64,000 nucleotides of DNA from an uncultured delta proteobacterium (GTDB lineage Bacteria > Desulfobacterota > Binatia > UBA9968), in the NCBI GenBank assembly GCA_963745835.1, contig CAVUZH010000019.1:320001-384000 (forward strand), in the 5' to 3' direction. Below are positions 1 to 10,221 of the stretch, piece by piece. Below the pieces are notes generated by a model. It made no database searches. It was not told the origin of the DNA and was given only the letters and a program-made list of their open reading frames with translations. Both the position numbers and the translations under genes were made by a program. Numbering within the stretch: the first letter of the stretch is position 1; each line of letters opens with the position of its first letter.

Positions 1-39
1 CGCCGCTTTAGAAAGTTTATCCAAGAGTAAACATTCGCC

Positions 40-1068
40 TCAGTTCCCCAGTATTTTTTTCATTCTGTCAATGATCGTTTGAGGTTGGGACATCACTTCC
101 TTCGCGAGTTTCTCCATGTCCTCGCCGGCAACCGGATCCAATTCATAATTCCTTTTTTCAGCTTCGGTTTTGAGCTCGGGATCTTTGACCGCACTCACAA
201 ATGCGTCGCGGAGAAGTTTGAGCCGATCAGCCGGCATTCCGGCGGGGCCGACCAACGGCCGGCCGAACACACCACCCGCAAGGATCAGCGTAGCGACACG
301 CCGTGATTGATCCGTCGTCTTGTATCGATCCATCAACTCATAGATTGTCGGCGTGTCCGGCAGACGAGCGTCACGTTTGCGCGCCGATTGCGCGATGCTT
401 TTGACGAAATTGTTCTTGCGCCAGGTATGAAACGGCTCGCGCGCAAAGAAAGATTCAATCGTCATGGCTCGACAGTGGATCTCGCCCTTCTCCACCGCAA
501 GATCGATGGGGCCGCCGCCCTGATAGCCAAGAACGATGGTAAATTTCGCCCCCACGGTTTCTTCCAGTAACCTGGGAAAATAGAAACCGGTTCCGGCGGC
601 GCCGCCGGAACCGCATTTCGGCGGTTCGCTAGCATTGCGGATATCTTCGATCGTTTTGTACGGACTGTCGGTGCGCATATAAAGGTGATGTTCGCTCTCC
701 GAGGGCGAGCCGATGAAGCTGTACTTGCCCCAATCGTATTGCACTTCTTTGCGGCCGACGAGCTGATCAAAATACAGAGTGGGCGCGATCCAACCCAAGG
801 TAAGTCCGTCCGGTTTAGCGACGCTGAATACATAATTAGCGGCGATCATCGAGCTGGCTCCCGGCATATTCTGAATGATGAAATTCGGATTGCCGGGAAT
901 GTACTTCGTCATATGTTGGGCGATGAGCCGCGGCCACATGTCGTTGACGTCGCCGGCCGGATATCCTGTGACGATTCGAATCGTCTTACCTCCAAAGAAA
1001 TCGGTCTGCGCCTGCACAATCGAGATCTCAAGAAGGAAAAAAGAAACCGCCAGCAACAGTGTCTTCAT
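40..1068 (-). CDS. Tripartite tricarboxylate transporter (Bug/TctC family) substrate-binding protein
   Basis: Signal peptide; GYPAGD..D and NMPGASS..AAN motifs; GYQGGG; LPDTPT, typical of Bug/TctC. Confidence 0.9.
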   Translation of the reverse strand: MKTLLLAVSFFLLEISIVQAQTDFFGGKTIRIVTGYPAGDVNDMWPRLIAQHMTKYIPGNPNFIIQNMPGASSMIAANYVFSVAKPDGLTLGWIAPTLYFDQLVGRKEVQYDWGKYSFIGSPSESEHHLYMRTDSPYKTIEDIRNASEPPKCGSGGAAGTGFYFPRLLEETVGAKFTIVLGYQGGGPIDLAVEKGEIHCRAMTIESFFAREPFHTWRKNNFVKSIAQSARKRDARLPDTPTIYELMDRYKTTDQSRRVATLILAGGVFGRPLVGPAGMPADRLKLLRDAFVSAVKDPELKTEAEKRNYELDPVAGEDMEKLAKEVMSQPQTIIDRMKKILGN

Positions 1069-1206
1069 AGTGATCCTCGGAAGTTACCACCCGCCAATGT
1101 TTGTCGCACCTGATCATAGGTCGCTGCCAACGCCCTCATAGTACAAATAAGACTTCTTGGTCAATTGCCATCAACCGCGTTCGGACGATCTCAGGAGAAT
1201 CGTCGC

Positions 1207-1235
1207 TTGACGCAGTACTGTAATTGAACTAGCTT
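1207..1235 (+). promoter_or_regulatory. Putative sigma70 promoter of the MBL-fold gene
   Basis: TTGACG-17 bp-TAGCTT, 33 nt upstream of ATG 1269 with AAGGAG RBS. Confidence 0.5.
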
Positions 1236-1268
1236 CCGGTCCAGGAATTCAGTTGCCAAGGAGACAGC

Positions 1269-2177
1269 ATGCTGGCCAAACTCAAGCTGGTTATTTTCGT
1301 TGCAGTCGTTATCGTGGGCATCGCATTTGCCGCGTGGGCGCAGGACCTCGGCCCAGGATTTCATAAGATCAAAGACGGCATCTATACTTTCGCGCCGGAT
1401 CAACTCACGACTACATGCAGCTTCGTGATCACCGAGGCGGGTGTGGTGATGATCGATGCCTGCAACAGCCCGTTGGATTCGCGCCGAATGGCGGATGCGA
1501 TCAAAAAGGTAACCGACAAACCGATCATGTTCTTGATTGATACCGAGACGCACAGCGACCATACCGGCAACCACTTTATCTTTTCGCCGCCGGCGACCGT
1601 CATCAATGCTCAAGGCGCGGCAGACGGGATGAAAAAAGAGTACAACCCCAAACGCGCTGAGACTCTCGCCGCGAAATCTCCCGAAATGCGCGAAGCATTG
1701 AAGGGGGAAAAGATGATTCCGCCGCACATCGAGTACAAAGATCGCATGACCATCAACCTCGGTGAGCGGACTTTCGAATTGATCTATCTGAAAAATGCCC
1801 ACAGTGTCGCCGACACAGCGGTGTGGATGCCTAAAGAACGGGTACTGTTCGCGTCATCGGCAGCCAACGTGCGCACGTTTATCAATTTACGCCCCACGGT
1901 GGTGTTACCGGACGTCATCGCCAGCTTTAAACTGATGAAATCGCTTAATCCGGAGGTAGTGATCGCCGGGCACGGGGAGCCCACCAGTACGACTATTTTC
2001 GACGAATACGAGGGATTCTATAATCTTCTGATGAAGCGGGTCGGCGAAATGGCGGCGCAAGGGAAATCTCTGGACGAAATCAAAAAAGAGCTGAAAATGC
2101 CGGAATACACTCACTGGCAGGGTCAAGATCGTTTAGCCGTCAACATTGATGCGGCGTGGAAGGTGGTCAAGAAGTAA
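1269..2177 (+). CDS. Secreted metallo-beta-lactamase-fold hydrolase (cyclase-like)
   Basis: Signal peptide, VVMIDA, ETHSDH (HxHxDH-like), AHS, IAGHG. Confidence 0.85.
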   Translation: MLAKLKLVIFVAVVIVGIAFAAWAQDLGPGFHKIKDGIYTFAPDQLTTTCSFVITEAGVVMIDACNSPLDSRRMADAIKKVTDKPIMFLIDTETHSDHTGNHFIFSPPATVINAQGAADGMKKEYNPKRAETLAAKSPEMREALKGEKMIPPHIEYKDRMTINLGERTFELIYLKNAHSVADTAVWMPKERVLFASSAANVRTFINLRPTVVLPDVIASFKLMKSLNPEVVIAGHGEPTSTTIFDEYEGFYNLLMKRVGEMAAQGKSLDEIKKELKMPEYTHWQGQDRLAVNIDAAWKVVKK

Positions 2178-2200
2178 TAAGGTAAAGCGGACTTGTTCCA

Positions 2201-3046
2201 ATGCGAACGAAGGCGATGCTCATCACATTGATGGCGACGAAAGTGCTTCTGCTCGCACTGTTATCAATGTCCTGTCCGTCCAGTAGCGCGGTTGCCCAGC
2301 AAGAAATTGTAACCCTGCCAACACGAACGGGCGTAACCCAGTCGTATTTCCTAACGAGCATCCCGAAAAATCCCCAGGCACTCGCGCTGCTATTTCCCGG
2401 TTCAGGGGGCTTAATACAACTGCGAGCCGAAAACGGAAAGCCCAGATTCAACCAGGGTAATTTTCTCGTGCGCAGCCGCGCTGAATTCATCAAGCGCGGA
2501 GTCGCCGCCGCGATCATAGATGCGCCATCTGACCAGCAAAGTGGCTGGGGCATGAGCGACGAATTCCGTCTCGGTAATGAACATCTGAGCGACATTTCCC
2601 GCATCATTGAAGAGCTCGCAAAGCGGTTTCCCGAGGTGCCGTTATTCTTGATAGGTACGAGCCGTGGAAGCATTTCCGCGGCAGCCCTCAGCAGCAGGCT
2701 CGGTGAACGGACTGCGGGCACGGTTTTGACCGCGACGATGCTTCGCCATACCCCTAAAAAGTCGAAAGAGCCAGGCGAGGGTCTGAGCAAATTTGACTTT
2801 GCAACGGTCAAGGTGCCATTGCTGTTGGTACACCATGTGAGCGATCAGTGTGCGTCTACGCCTTACGGCGATGCGGCACGGCTGTCAGAAAAATTTCCAT
2901 TGATTTCGGTGTTCGGCGGAGCCACACCGCAATCGGGCCCATGCGAGCCATTTAGCCAGCACGGGTTTTTGGGCAAGGAGTCCGAGACAGTCGAGCAAAT
3001 CGTGAACTGGATGCTTAAGAAGCCGTTCAGCCAAGAAGTTAGATAG
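2201..3046 (+). CDS. Secreted alpha/beta hydrolase
   Basis: Signal peptide, GTSRG nucleophile elbow, VHHVSD, HGF. Confidence 0.8.
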   Translation: MRTKAMLITLMATKVLLLALLSMSCPSSSAVAQQEIVTLPTRTGVTQSYFLTSIPKNPQALALLFPGSGGLIQLRAENGKPRFNQGNFLVRSRAEFIKRGVAAAIIDAPSDQQSGWGMSDEFRLGNEHLSDISRIIEELAKRFPEVPLFLIGTSRGSISAAALSSRLGERTAGTVLTATMLRHTPKKSKEPGEGLSKFDFATVKVPLLLVHHVSDQCASTPYGDAARLSEKFPLISVFGGATPQSGPCEPFSQHGFLGKESETVEQIVNWMLKKPFSQEVR

Positions 3047-3155
3047 ACAAGTTCGATGTCCAACATCGAGCACTACCAGGTTCACCAGATTCAACAGTTC
3101 AAGTCGATAACCAAATGGTGAGACCGTTTGCTGAGAGGATTGTTGGAGGAAGATC

Positions 3156-4136
3156 ATGGAATACGTACAATTTGGCACGAGTGAGTTCAAGGTTTCCCGA
3201 ATGGGACTCGGCTGCATGAGTATGTCGGGCGTGTATGGGCCGGCGGATGACAATGAATCCATCGCTACACTGCACCAAGCTTTCGATCTCGGTATCAATT
3301 TCATCGATACTTCGGCTAGCTACGGCAGCGGTCACAACCATGAGCTGATTGCCAAGGCTCTCAAGGGCAGGCGCGAGCGGATCGTCATCCATTCAAAGTC
3401 GGGCAGCCCGCGCGCGCCGGACGCCAGTGGCATGCGCAGCGGCAGCACGCCTGAATACTTGACACAGAATTGCGAACAGAGCGTTAAGCGGCTGGGCATA
3501 GATTGCTTGGATATATTCTGCATGTCCCGGGTCGATCCAAATATCCCGGTTGAGGATTCGGTAGGCGCTATGGCGCAACTCGTGCAGCGCGGGCTAACCC
3601 GATACATTGGGTTGTCGGAAGCGAGCGCAACGTCAATCAGACGAGCGCGCAAAGTTCACCCGATTGTTTCGCTGCAGATGGAATACTCGTTGTGGTCGCG
3701 TGATCCGGAAGCAGGAAATATCGCCGCATGCCGTGAATTCAACATGGGCTTCATGGCCTACTCACCGCTCGGACGCGGGTTTTTCGCGGGCGCTGTCCAC
3801 GATGTCAAGGACATGACAGATGGCGACGGCCGCAGCAATCATCCGCGTTTCCAGCCGGAGAATCTAGCACGCAACCTGAAACTCCTGGGGCAGTTCGAAG
3901 CTTTTGCCCGAGAGAAAACTGCGACTCCAGCGCAGCTCGCTGTGGCCTGGCTGCTGGCGCAAGGCAACGACATCATTCCAATTCCGAGCAACAAGACGCG
4001 CCGTCATCTGGAAGAAAATATCAGGGCGATCGATATCCGGTTGAGCAAGGACGATCTCGCGCGTCTCGACCAGATTTTCCCGCCAGGAGCCGCGGCCGGG
4101 CCCCGCACGAAAGATTTGCATCGGGTGAATGTCTGA
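3156..4136 (+). CDS. Aldo/keto reductase
   Basis: GLGCMSMS, DTSASYG, IGLSE, AYSPLGRG, AQLAVAWLL, IPIP motifs. Confidence 0.93.
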   Translation: MEYVQFGTSEFKVSRMGLGCMSMSGVYGPADDNESIATLHQAFDLGINFIDTSASYGSGHNHELIAKALKGRRERIVIHSKSGSPRAPDASGMRSGSTPEYLTQNCEQSVKRLGIDCLDIFCMSRVDPNIPVEDSVGAMAQLVQRGLTRYIGLSEASATSIRRARKVHPIVSLQMEYSLWSRDPEAGNIAACREFNMGFMAYSPLGRGFFAGAVHDVKDMTDGDGRSNHPRFQPENLARNLKLLGQFEAFAREKTATPAQLAVAWLLAQGNDIIPIPSNKTRRHLEENIRAIDIRLSKDDLARLDQIFPPGAAAGPRTKDLHRVNV

Positions 4137-4239
4137 GGTCGCTTCGGATCGGTTCAATCCGTGCTAATTTTCCTTGGTCCACGTCACGATCCGCTCTTCC
4201 GCTATTTTTGCACGAAGGGATGCTTCTCTGTTCGATCTT

Positions 4240-5073
4240 TCATCCGTTGCGCCAACCATGAACGGGTTGCCATCCGAGCAGTCGTTTGGCGCGAGCGTTG
4301 GAGTATGCTCCCTTGCTGCCTGTCAGACCGCAGGCTTTGTCGCCGATGCTCGGCATGACCCGCGGATAAAGTTCGCAGAGCGGTTCGGCGACAGTGCTAT
4401 CGTCGGCGACGATGAACAAGATAGTGCCGCTTGGAATCGCGCGCTCAATTGCCAGTCGAAACGCGACAGCCAGATCGCGCGCATCCACGTAACTGTATGC
4501 GTGGAAGCCGCTGGCTCGACGGCCTTGGTCTTTTTTCATTTGTTCGAGCTCGTCCGGAGTCACCACACCGCTTGGGCGCAAGATCACGGTCTCTAAACCC
4601 TTGCGGCTGTAGGAACGGGCGATGGTTTCGCCGATCTCTTTTGATAGACCATAGACATCTTCAGCTCGTAGCGGATGATCTTCATCGATGGGAAGGTACT
4701 CAGGCGTGAAGCGTTCGCCATAGCTCCAGCCGACGATAGCATTGCTGCTCGCGGAGATGACTCGTCTGACGCCGAGGCGGAAGGCGGCATGATGAACGTT
4801 GAACGTGCCGACGACGTTGGTTTGATAGGTCACGGTGGTAGTCGCGATGTTAGGATTGTGAATGGCCGCAAGGTGAATGACGGCTTCGGCGCCTGCCATA
4901 GCCTCGATGACTTGGCCGAGATCTTGGATGTCTCCGACTAAATACTTGACTATGCCATGTTCCGGTCCGGGTGTGCGGTCGAACACGGTGAGTTCGTAAC
5001 TGGGATTATTGAGCAGCTCGCGGACGAGCCATCGGCCAACTTTGCCGGCTCCGCCGGTGATGAGAAGTTTCAT
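4240..5073 (-). CDS. NAD-dependent epimerase/dehydratase (extended SDR)
   Basis: TGGAGKVG Rossmann motif, HLAA, YGLSK catalytic YxxxK. Confidence 0.92.
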   Translation of the reverse strand: MKLLITGGAGKVGRWLVRELLNNPSYELTVFDRTPGPEHGIVKYLVGDIQDLGQVIEAMAGAEAVIHLAAIHNPNIATTTVTYQTNVVGTFNVHHAAFRLGVRRVISASSNAIVGWSYGERFTPEYLPIDEDHPLRAEDVYGLSKEIGETIARSYSRKGLETVILRPSGVVTPDELEQMKKDQGRRASGFHAYSYVDARDLAVAFRLAIERAIPSGTILFIVADDSTVAEPLCELYPRVMPSIGDKACGLTGSKGAYSNARAKRLLGWQPVHGWRNG

Positions 5074-5267
5074 TATGTGGATTCGTCTATCATGCAGATT
5101 ACCTATGACGGCGCATGCCTGTCCCGATTCGCATCGGAGAATTTACCGCGGAGCCGCAGAGGGCACGGAAAAAAGGTTCTTAGAGAAGAACTCTGTATGC
5201 ATTCTATGTCTCTCTGCTTTGCTGTTGTATTTTAATTTGTCACTTCGCAGGCTCGCATTTCGACCGA

Positions 5268-6296
5268 TCACAACCCGTAGAGTGCCCGGGCGTTGTCACT
5301 GACTATCTTTTTAGCGATCGAGCCGCTTAACCGGGTATCGTCCAACACACCACGTAGCGCCAGGAGCTCGGTGGCGCTATCGGCATGGCCGTAATCAGTA
5401 CCGACCACCAGATTGTCTTCTCCGGCATGACCAATGATGTATGGAAGATCATCGCTGGTCTCGCAGCCGACATAGAAGCGGCTCGCGCGCAGCAAGTCTT
5501 TCTTATTCAATTCTCTGCCCTGGAGGTGGTAGCGCTTGGCGAGATCGGTTAGCACGTAGGGGAGCCACTGCGCGCTGACTTCGAGAAAGGCCACCTTCAG
5601 TCTTGGAAAACGTTCGGGGATTCCGTCCATGATCAGGTTGTGAAACGCACCCACCAGTACCAGCTTGAACTTCGAAAAGCCGATGGTTTCGTATTTGAAG
5701 TAGTTGAATAAGATCGGACTTCCAGTGGCGGAATGAATGCAAATGGGCAAGTCCAAGCGGCTGGCCGCGTCATAGAGGGGGAAAAAGTAGGAGTCGCTCA
5801 GCAGCAGATCGCATTCCGATCCGCGTAGAAATATGCCGACCGCGCCGTTCTCTTTCGCGAATCTTGCTTCGTCATAAACTTTGTCGATACTGAGCAGCGG
5901 CAACACCGCCACCCAGCGCAGCCGATCTTTTGCCTGCCGCCAGATATCCGCCATCCAGCGGTTGTAGCTGCGGCATAGCGCGAAATCGATTTCCGACCGA
6001 GGCGTGAGCGGAATAATAAAAATCGTCGGAAAAATGATTTGAATGTCGACGCCGAGCTCGTCGATGTGCTTGAGACGGGCAGTGACATCGCGCAATTCCC
6101 GCGAAGCCATCGGCGTGTTCTTGCCGACATTGCGCGATTTGAGCCGCAGCGTGCCGTCGACCAACCAATACTCGTCATCTGAGGAACCATCGTTGGAACT
6201 GACGACCTGGGGTCTAAACTTACGCTCAGGGCCTTCCATATATTCCCAAGTTTTTTCCGTTTCAAGGACGTGGGCATCGGCATCGATCTTGAGCAT
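5268..6296 (-). CDS. Amidohydrolase family 2 protein
   Basis: DADAH, YNRWMAD, ICIH, FLE, GTDYGHAD. Confidence 0.9.
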   Translation of the reverse strand: MLKIDADAHVLETEKTWEYMEGPERKFRPQVVSSNDGSSDDEYWLVDGTLRLKSRNVGKNTPMASRELRDVTARLKHIDELGVDIQIIFPTIFIIPLTPRSEIDFALCRSYNRWMADIWRQAKDRLRWVAVLPLLSIDKVYDEARFAKENGAVGIFLRGSECDLLLSDSYFFPLYDAASRLDLPICIHSATGSPILFNYFKYETIGFSKFKLVLVGAFHNLIMDGIPERFPRLKVAFLEVSAQWLPYVLTDLAKRYHLQGRELNKKDLLRASRFYVGCETSDDLPYIIGHAGEDNLVVGTDYGHADSATELLALRGVLDDTRLSGSIAKKIVSDNARALYGL

Positions 6297-6469
6297 GGTC
6301 AAACCTCTGTCTTAAGTTGTCTTCGTGATAGGTCATTGTTAGCTGCTTCGTTCATAACACCCGCTGGAGCTGCGCGTCAACGAAGATGCTTGACACTGCT
6401 TGACTCTGTGATAGGTAGCGTTTTTCACGACCTACAGTGATGTCCTCTTCAAGATCATCAAGGCAGGCA

Positions 6470-7321
6470 ATGCGACGATTCGATTTAGTAGAACCAACCA
6501 GCCTCGAGGACGCTTGCGGTCTCATCGCCAACAACAACGATGCCATAGCTATCGCCGGCGGCACGGCGCTTTTGACTATGATCAAACATGGCATCTTCGT
6601 TCCCAAGACGCTTATCAATTTGAAGAAAATCCAAGCCGCCAGCGACATCACCTACGACGCACAAACCGGGCTGCGTATTGGCGCGCTGACGACAATCTTG
6701 GATATCGAAGCGTCGCCCATAGTAAGGCAACACTATACGGTGCTTGCTGAAGCGTGCCATGTAGTTGCGAACATTCGCATTCGCAACATGGCTACTATAG
6801 GCGGTAATTTGGCGCACGGCGATTATCAATCCGATCCGCCCACGGTTCTGGTGGCGCTGGAGGCCGTCGTCGAACTTTTAAGTCGCAACGGAATGCGCCA
6901 GATGAAATTGTCCGAATTCTTCAAAGGCAGTTACGAGACCGCGATCGAACCGGGAGAATTGATCTCTGCAGTGATCGTTCCGCCGGCGCGCCATCTTCAT
7001 GGAACCTACGCCAAATTTACTACCGGCTCCTCGGAAGAGAGGCCCTGCGTCGGAATTGCCGCCTTAACGAGAATGGACGAGGGCGTTTGCCGTGAACTTC
7101 GTTTGGTTATTGGGGCGGTGTCGCCGAAACCGCTGCGCGTGCAAAGCGGCGAATCAATGGCGCGCGGAGAGCGGCTTACACCGGAGATGATCGAGCGCAT
7201 CGCCAAAGATGCCAGCCGTAACGCTGATCCGATCGATGACTTGCGTGGGACCGCCGATTACAAGCGCCACTTGGTTCATGTGCTGGTTCGCCGAACGCTA
7301 ATCGCGGCCGCGCAGATGTGA
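6470..7321 (+). CDS. Xanthine dehydrogenase family FAD-binding subunit (CoxM/CutM-like)
   Basis: AGGT, IRNMATIGGN, DDLRGTADYK; start taken at second Met. Confidence 0.92.
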   Translation: MRRFDLVEPTSLEDACGLIANNNDAIAIAGGTALLTMIKHGIFVPKTLINLKKIQAASDITYDAQTGLRIGALTTILDIEASPIVRQHYTVLAEACHVVANIRIRNMATIGGNLAHGDYQSDPPTVLVALEAVVELLSRNGMRQMKLSEFFKGSYETAIEPGELISAVIVPPARHLHGTYAKFTTGSSEERPCVGIAALTRMDEGVCRELRLVIGAVSPKPLRVQSGESMARGERLTPEMIERIAKDASRNADPIDDLRGTADYKRHLVHVLVRRTLIAAAQM

Positions 7322-7331
7322 GAAGAGAACG

Positions 7332-9650
7332 ATGGCTCTGGTCGGTACAGATGTCACGATGGCAGGAGGTTTGGCCAAGGTCACGGGTGCGGTGAACTAT
7401 GCGCCCGACCTCGTGCTGCCGCGCATGCTCTATGCCAAAGCGCTGCGCAGCCCATTCCCCCACGCAAAGCTTTTGCGCGTAGACGCGAACAAGGCGCAAA
7501 AGTATCCCGGCGTTGTGGCTGTCATCACTCACGATGACCTAACCGGTTTAAATCCCTATTTTGGACCGGTGGTCGACGATCAACCCGTAGTCGCTACCGA
7601 TCGCGTGCGCCATGTCGGTGAAGTCGTCGCGCTCATCGCCGCGGAAAGCCGCGAGATTGCCGAAGAGGCGCTGGATTTGATCGAAGTGGACTACCAAGAG
7701 TTGCCGGCGGTGTTCGATCTTCTCGAAGCCGCGAAGCCTGGCGCGCCGGTGCTGCACACGCAGCGCAATGAGACCAACGCCGGCGTGCACCGCGAGGAAT
7801 TCAATTTCGAGTTGGGTGGCAACGTATGCAGCGTGTACCGCGTAGCAGACGGCGACATCCAAAAAGGGTTTCAAGAAGCCGAAGAGATCTTTGAGAATAC
7901 ATACCTGCTGCCGCCTGTGCAGCACGGTCATATAGAGCCCCATGCGGCCACTGCCTACTGGGAGCCGAGCGGCAAGTTGGTGGTCCATTCGGCCTCGCAA
8001 AATCCCTCCGGCGTGCAGGAGCAGCTGGCGCATATTTTTAATTTGCCGGAAAATAAAGTGCGCGTGATCGTTCCCATTCTCGGTGGCGGGTATGGCGGCA
8101 AGACCCATGCGAGGCTGGAGCCCGCTCTGGCGCTACTCGCACGCAAGGCGCGCCGCCCGGTGCAGTGGGTTTTGACCAGGGACGAGGTCTTTCTCACCGG
8201 CAGACGCTACGGCGCGCTGGTGAAAATCAAAACCGGAGTAAAACGCGACGGTGCCATCGTCGCGCGTCAGGTCGAGGTCTTTTATGAAATCGGCGCTTAT
8301 GCGCTCAACGGCCCGGTCAACGCCAAAACCGGCTGTTATGTCTCGAGCGGTCCCTACAATATTCCCAACCGGAGTCTGTCAACGTACTCTGTGTACACGA
8401 ATTTGCCGCCCACCGGACCCTTTCGCGGCGTCGGCGTTTCTCATGTCTGTTGGGCTTACGAATCCGAGATGGACGACATCGCGCGGCGGCTTGGTCTCGA
8501 TCCACTGGCGTTGCGCCTGAAACACCTCGTTAAAGAGGGTGATGTATTCGTCACCGGCGAAAAGCTGGTTTCTGTCGGCATCACCGATTGTTTGGAGCGC
8601 GCCGCTGCAGCGATCGGCTGGAATGGAAAGGAGGAACAGTCATCGCCAGCGGATGGAAACAACCTGGTCCGCGGCAAAGGGCTTGCGGTTACGATCAAAA
8701 GCACGACCACGCCGACGACGTCGTCGGCAAATGTGCGTCTGAACGCCGACGGTTCAGCTATTCTTCTTACCAGCAGCGTCGATATGGGGCAGGGGGCATT
8801 GACTTCGCTGGCGCAAATCGTCGGCGACGAGTTGGGGTTGCCGTTTGAGAACGTCTCCGTGAGCTTGCCCGATACCGACATTACGCCCTACGATAAGTCG
8901 ACGAGCTCAAGCCGCACGACCTTTCATATGGGGCAGGCGGCGCAGAAAGCGGCGCGCGAGATCAGAAATCAGTTGCTCGAAGTCGGGGCGAAGAAACTCG
9001 AGGCGCGAATCGAGGATTTAGAATTACGCGGAGGCGCCGTGTCGGTGCGCGGCGTTCCCGATAAACGCCTGTCGATCACGGACATCTTCAAGGCGCGTTT
9101 TGGATCGTCGGTCGGCAGTATCTTCGGCGGGTATTGTTTTAAGAGCGAAGGGGGTTTGAACCCCAAGACCGGAAAGGGAAAGGCTGCGGCATTCTGGTTC
9201 TTCTCCGCCTGCGGCGTTGAAGTCGAAGTCGATATCGAAACAGGCAAGGTACGTGTCCTCAATATCGTGACGGCGGTGGACGTGGGCAAAGCAGTCCATC
9301 CCAAACAGTGCGGGTTGCAGAACGAAGGGTCGATGTTGTCGGGAATGGGCTCGGCGCTCTTTGAAGAAATGCTCTATGACAACGGCCAGCCGATCAATAG
9401 TAACTTCTTAGAGTACATGCTGCCGTCAATGGAAGATCATCCGCTGGAGTTTCATTCGGTGTTGGTGGAAACGCCCCACCCCGAGGGTCCCTTCGGTGCC
9501 AAGGGAATGGGAGAAGCAGCGTTGCCGTCGGTAGCACCGGCCATCGGCAATGCCATCGCCAATGCGCTGGGCGGCATTCGGATAAGAGACTTACCGATCA
9601 AGCCGGACAAGATTATCGCGATGCTTAATGCAGGCAAGGAGCGAAGCTAA
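7332..9650 (+). CDS. Xanthine dehydrogenase family molybdopterin-binding subunit (CoxL-like, not form I CODH)
   Basis: LRSPFPHA, GGGYGGK, GPFRGVG, DMGQG, SSRTT, GAKGMGE. Confidence 0.93.
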   Translation: MALVGTDVTMAGGLAKVTGAVNYAPDLVLPRMLYAKALRSPFPHAKLLRVDANKAQKYPGVVAVITHDDLTGLNPYFGPVVDDQPVVATDRVRHVGEVVALIAAESREIAEEALDLIEVDYQELPAVFDLLEAAKPGAPVLHTQRNETNAGVHREEFNFELGGNVCSVYRVADGDIQKGFQEAEEIFENTYLLPPVQHGHIEPHAATAYWEPSGKLVVHSASQNPSGVQEQLAHIFNLPENKVRVIVPILGGGYGGKTHARLEPALALLARKARRPVQWVLTRDEVFLTGRRYGALVKIKTGVKRDGAIVARQVEVFYEIGAYALNGPVNAKTGCYVSSGPYNIPNRSLSTYSVYTNLPPTGPFRGVGVSHVCWAYESEMDDIARRLGLDPLALRLKHLVKEGDVFVTGEKLVSVGITDCLERAAAAIGWNGKEEQSSPADGNNLVRGKGLAVTIKSTTTPTTSSANVRLNADGSAILLTSSVDMGQGALTSLAQIVGDELGLPFENVSVSLPDTDITPYDKSTSSSRTTFHMGQAAQKAAREIRNQLLEVGAKKLEARIEDLELRGGAVSVRGVPDKRLSITDIFKARFGSSVGSIFGGYCFKSEGGLNPKTGKGKAAAFWFFSACGVEVEVDIETGKVRVLNIVTAVDVGKAVHPKQCGLQNEGSMLSGMGSALFEEMLYDNGQPINSNFLEYMLPSMEDHPLEFHSVLVETPHPEGPFGAKGMGEAALPSVAPAIGNAIANALGGIRIRDLPIKPDKIIAMLNAGKERS

Positions 9651-10112
9651 GTGACGATTACCATCTTGACCACGATCAATGGATCACAGCAAGAGGTCGC
9701 CGTTAGACCGAATCAGACGCTGTTGGAGTTCCTACGCGAGAATCTGTCGCTTCAGGGTTCCGTGGAAGGCTGTGGCGTGGGAGTCTGTGGTTCCTGCACC
9801 GTACTGGTCGATGGCCGGCCGGTGAGCTCCTGTCTCATGCTCGCCAGCAATGCCGAGGGCAAGAAGGTAACTACCATCGAAGGTTTGTCGCACAGCGGCG
9901 AACTCGACCCGGTGCAGAGGGCATTTCTCAAACATCAAGCTTTTCAGTGCGGATACTGCACGCCGGGCATGATCATGGCAGTGAAGGGACTGCTTGCGGA
10001 TAATCCTCATCCCAGCGAAGAACAGGCACGTGATTATCTGTCGGGGAATCTTTGCCGGTGCGGCACCTACAGCGAAGTACTGGCCGCGGTCAAAGAATTG
10101 GCGGAAGAGTGA
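9651..10112 (+). CDS. (2Fe-2S)-binding subunit (CoxS-like)
   Basis: CGVGVCGSC..C and QCGYC..CRC motifs; abuts the large subunit gene. Confidence 0.94.
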   Translation: MTITILTTINGSQQEVAVRPNQTLLEFLRENLSLQGSVEGCGVGVCGSCTVLVDGRPVSSCLMLASNAEGKKVTTIEGLSHSGELDPVQRAFLKHQAFQCGYCTPGMIMAVKGLLADNPHPSEEQARDYLSGNLCRCGTYSEVLAAVKELAEE

Positions 10113-10221
10113 GGGCGCTGGAGTTATGGTGGACTGGAGTAGTGGAGTTTTGTGGGAGGGGCGAATAATCGGATAACCGATAAGTGGCCGCAGCGAATTG
10201 GGGTCGGAAAGGAGTCTTGTC

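Noticed and set aside
7332-9650. Aerobic CO dehydrogenase (CoxL form I)
   Set aside because: Lacks AYxCSFR (has PFRGVG), gene order is M-L-S and no coxDEFG accessory genes are present.
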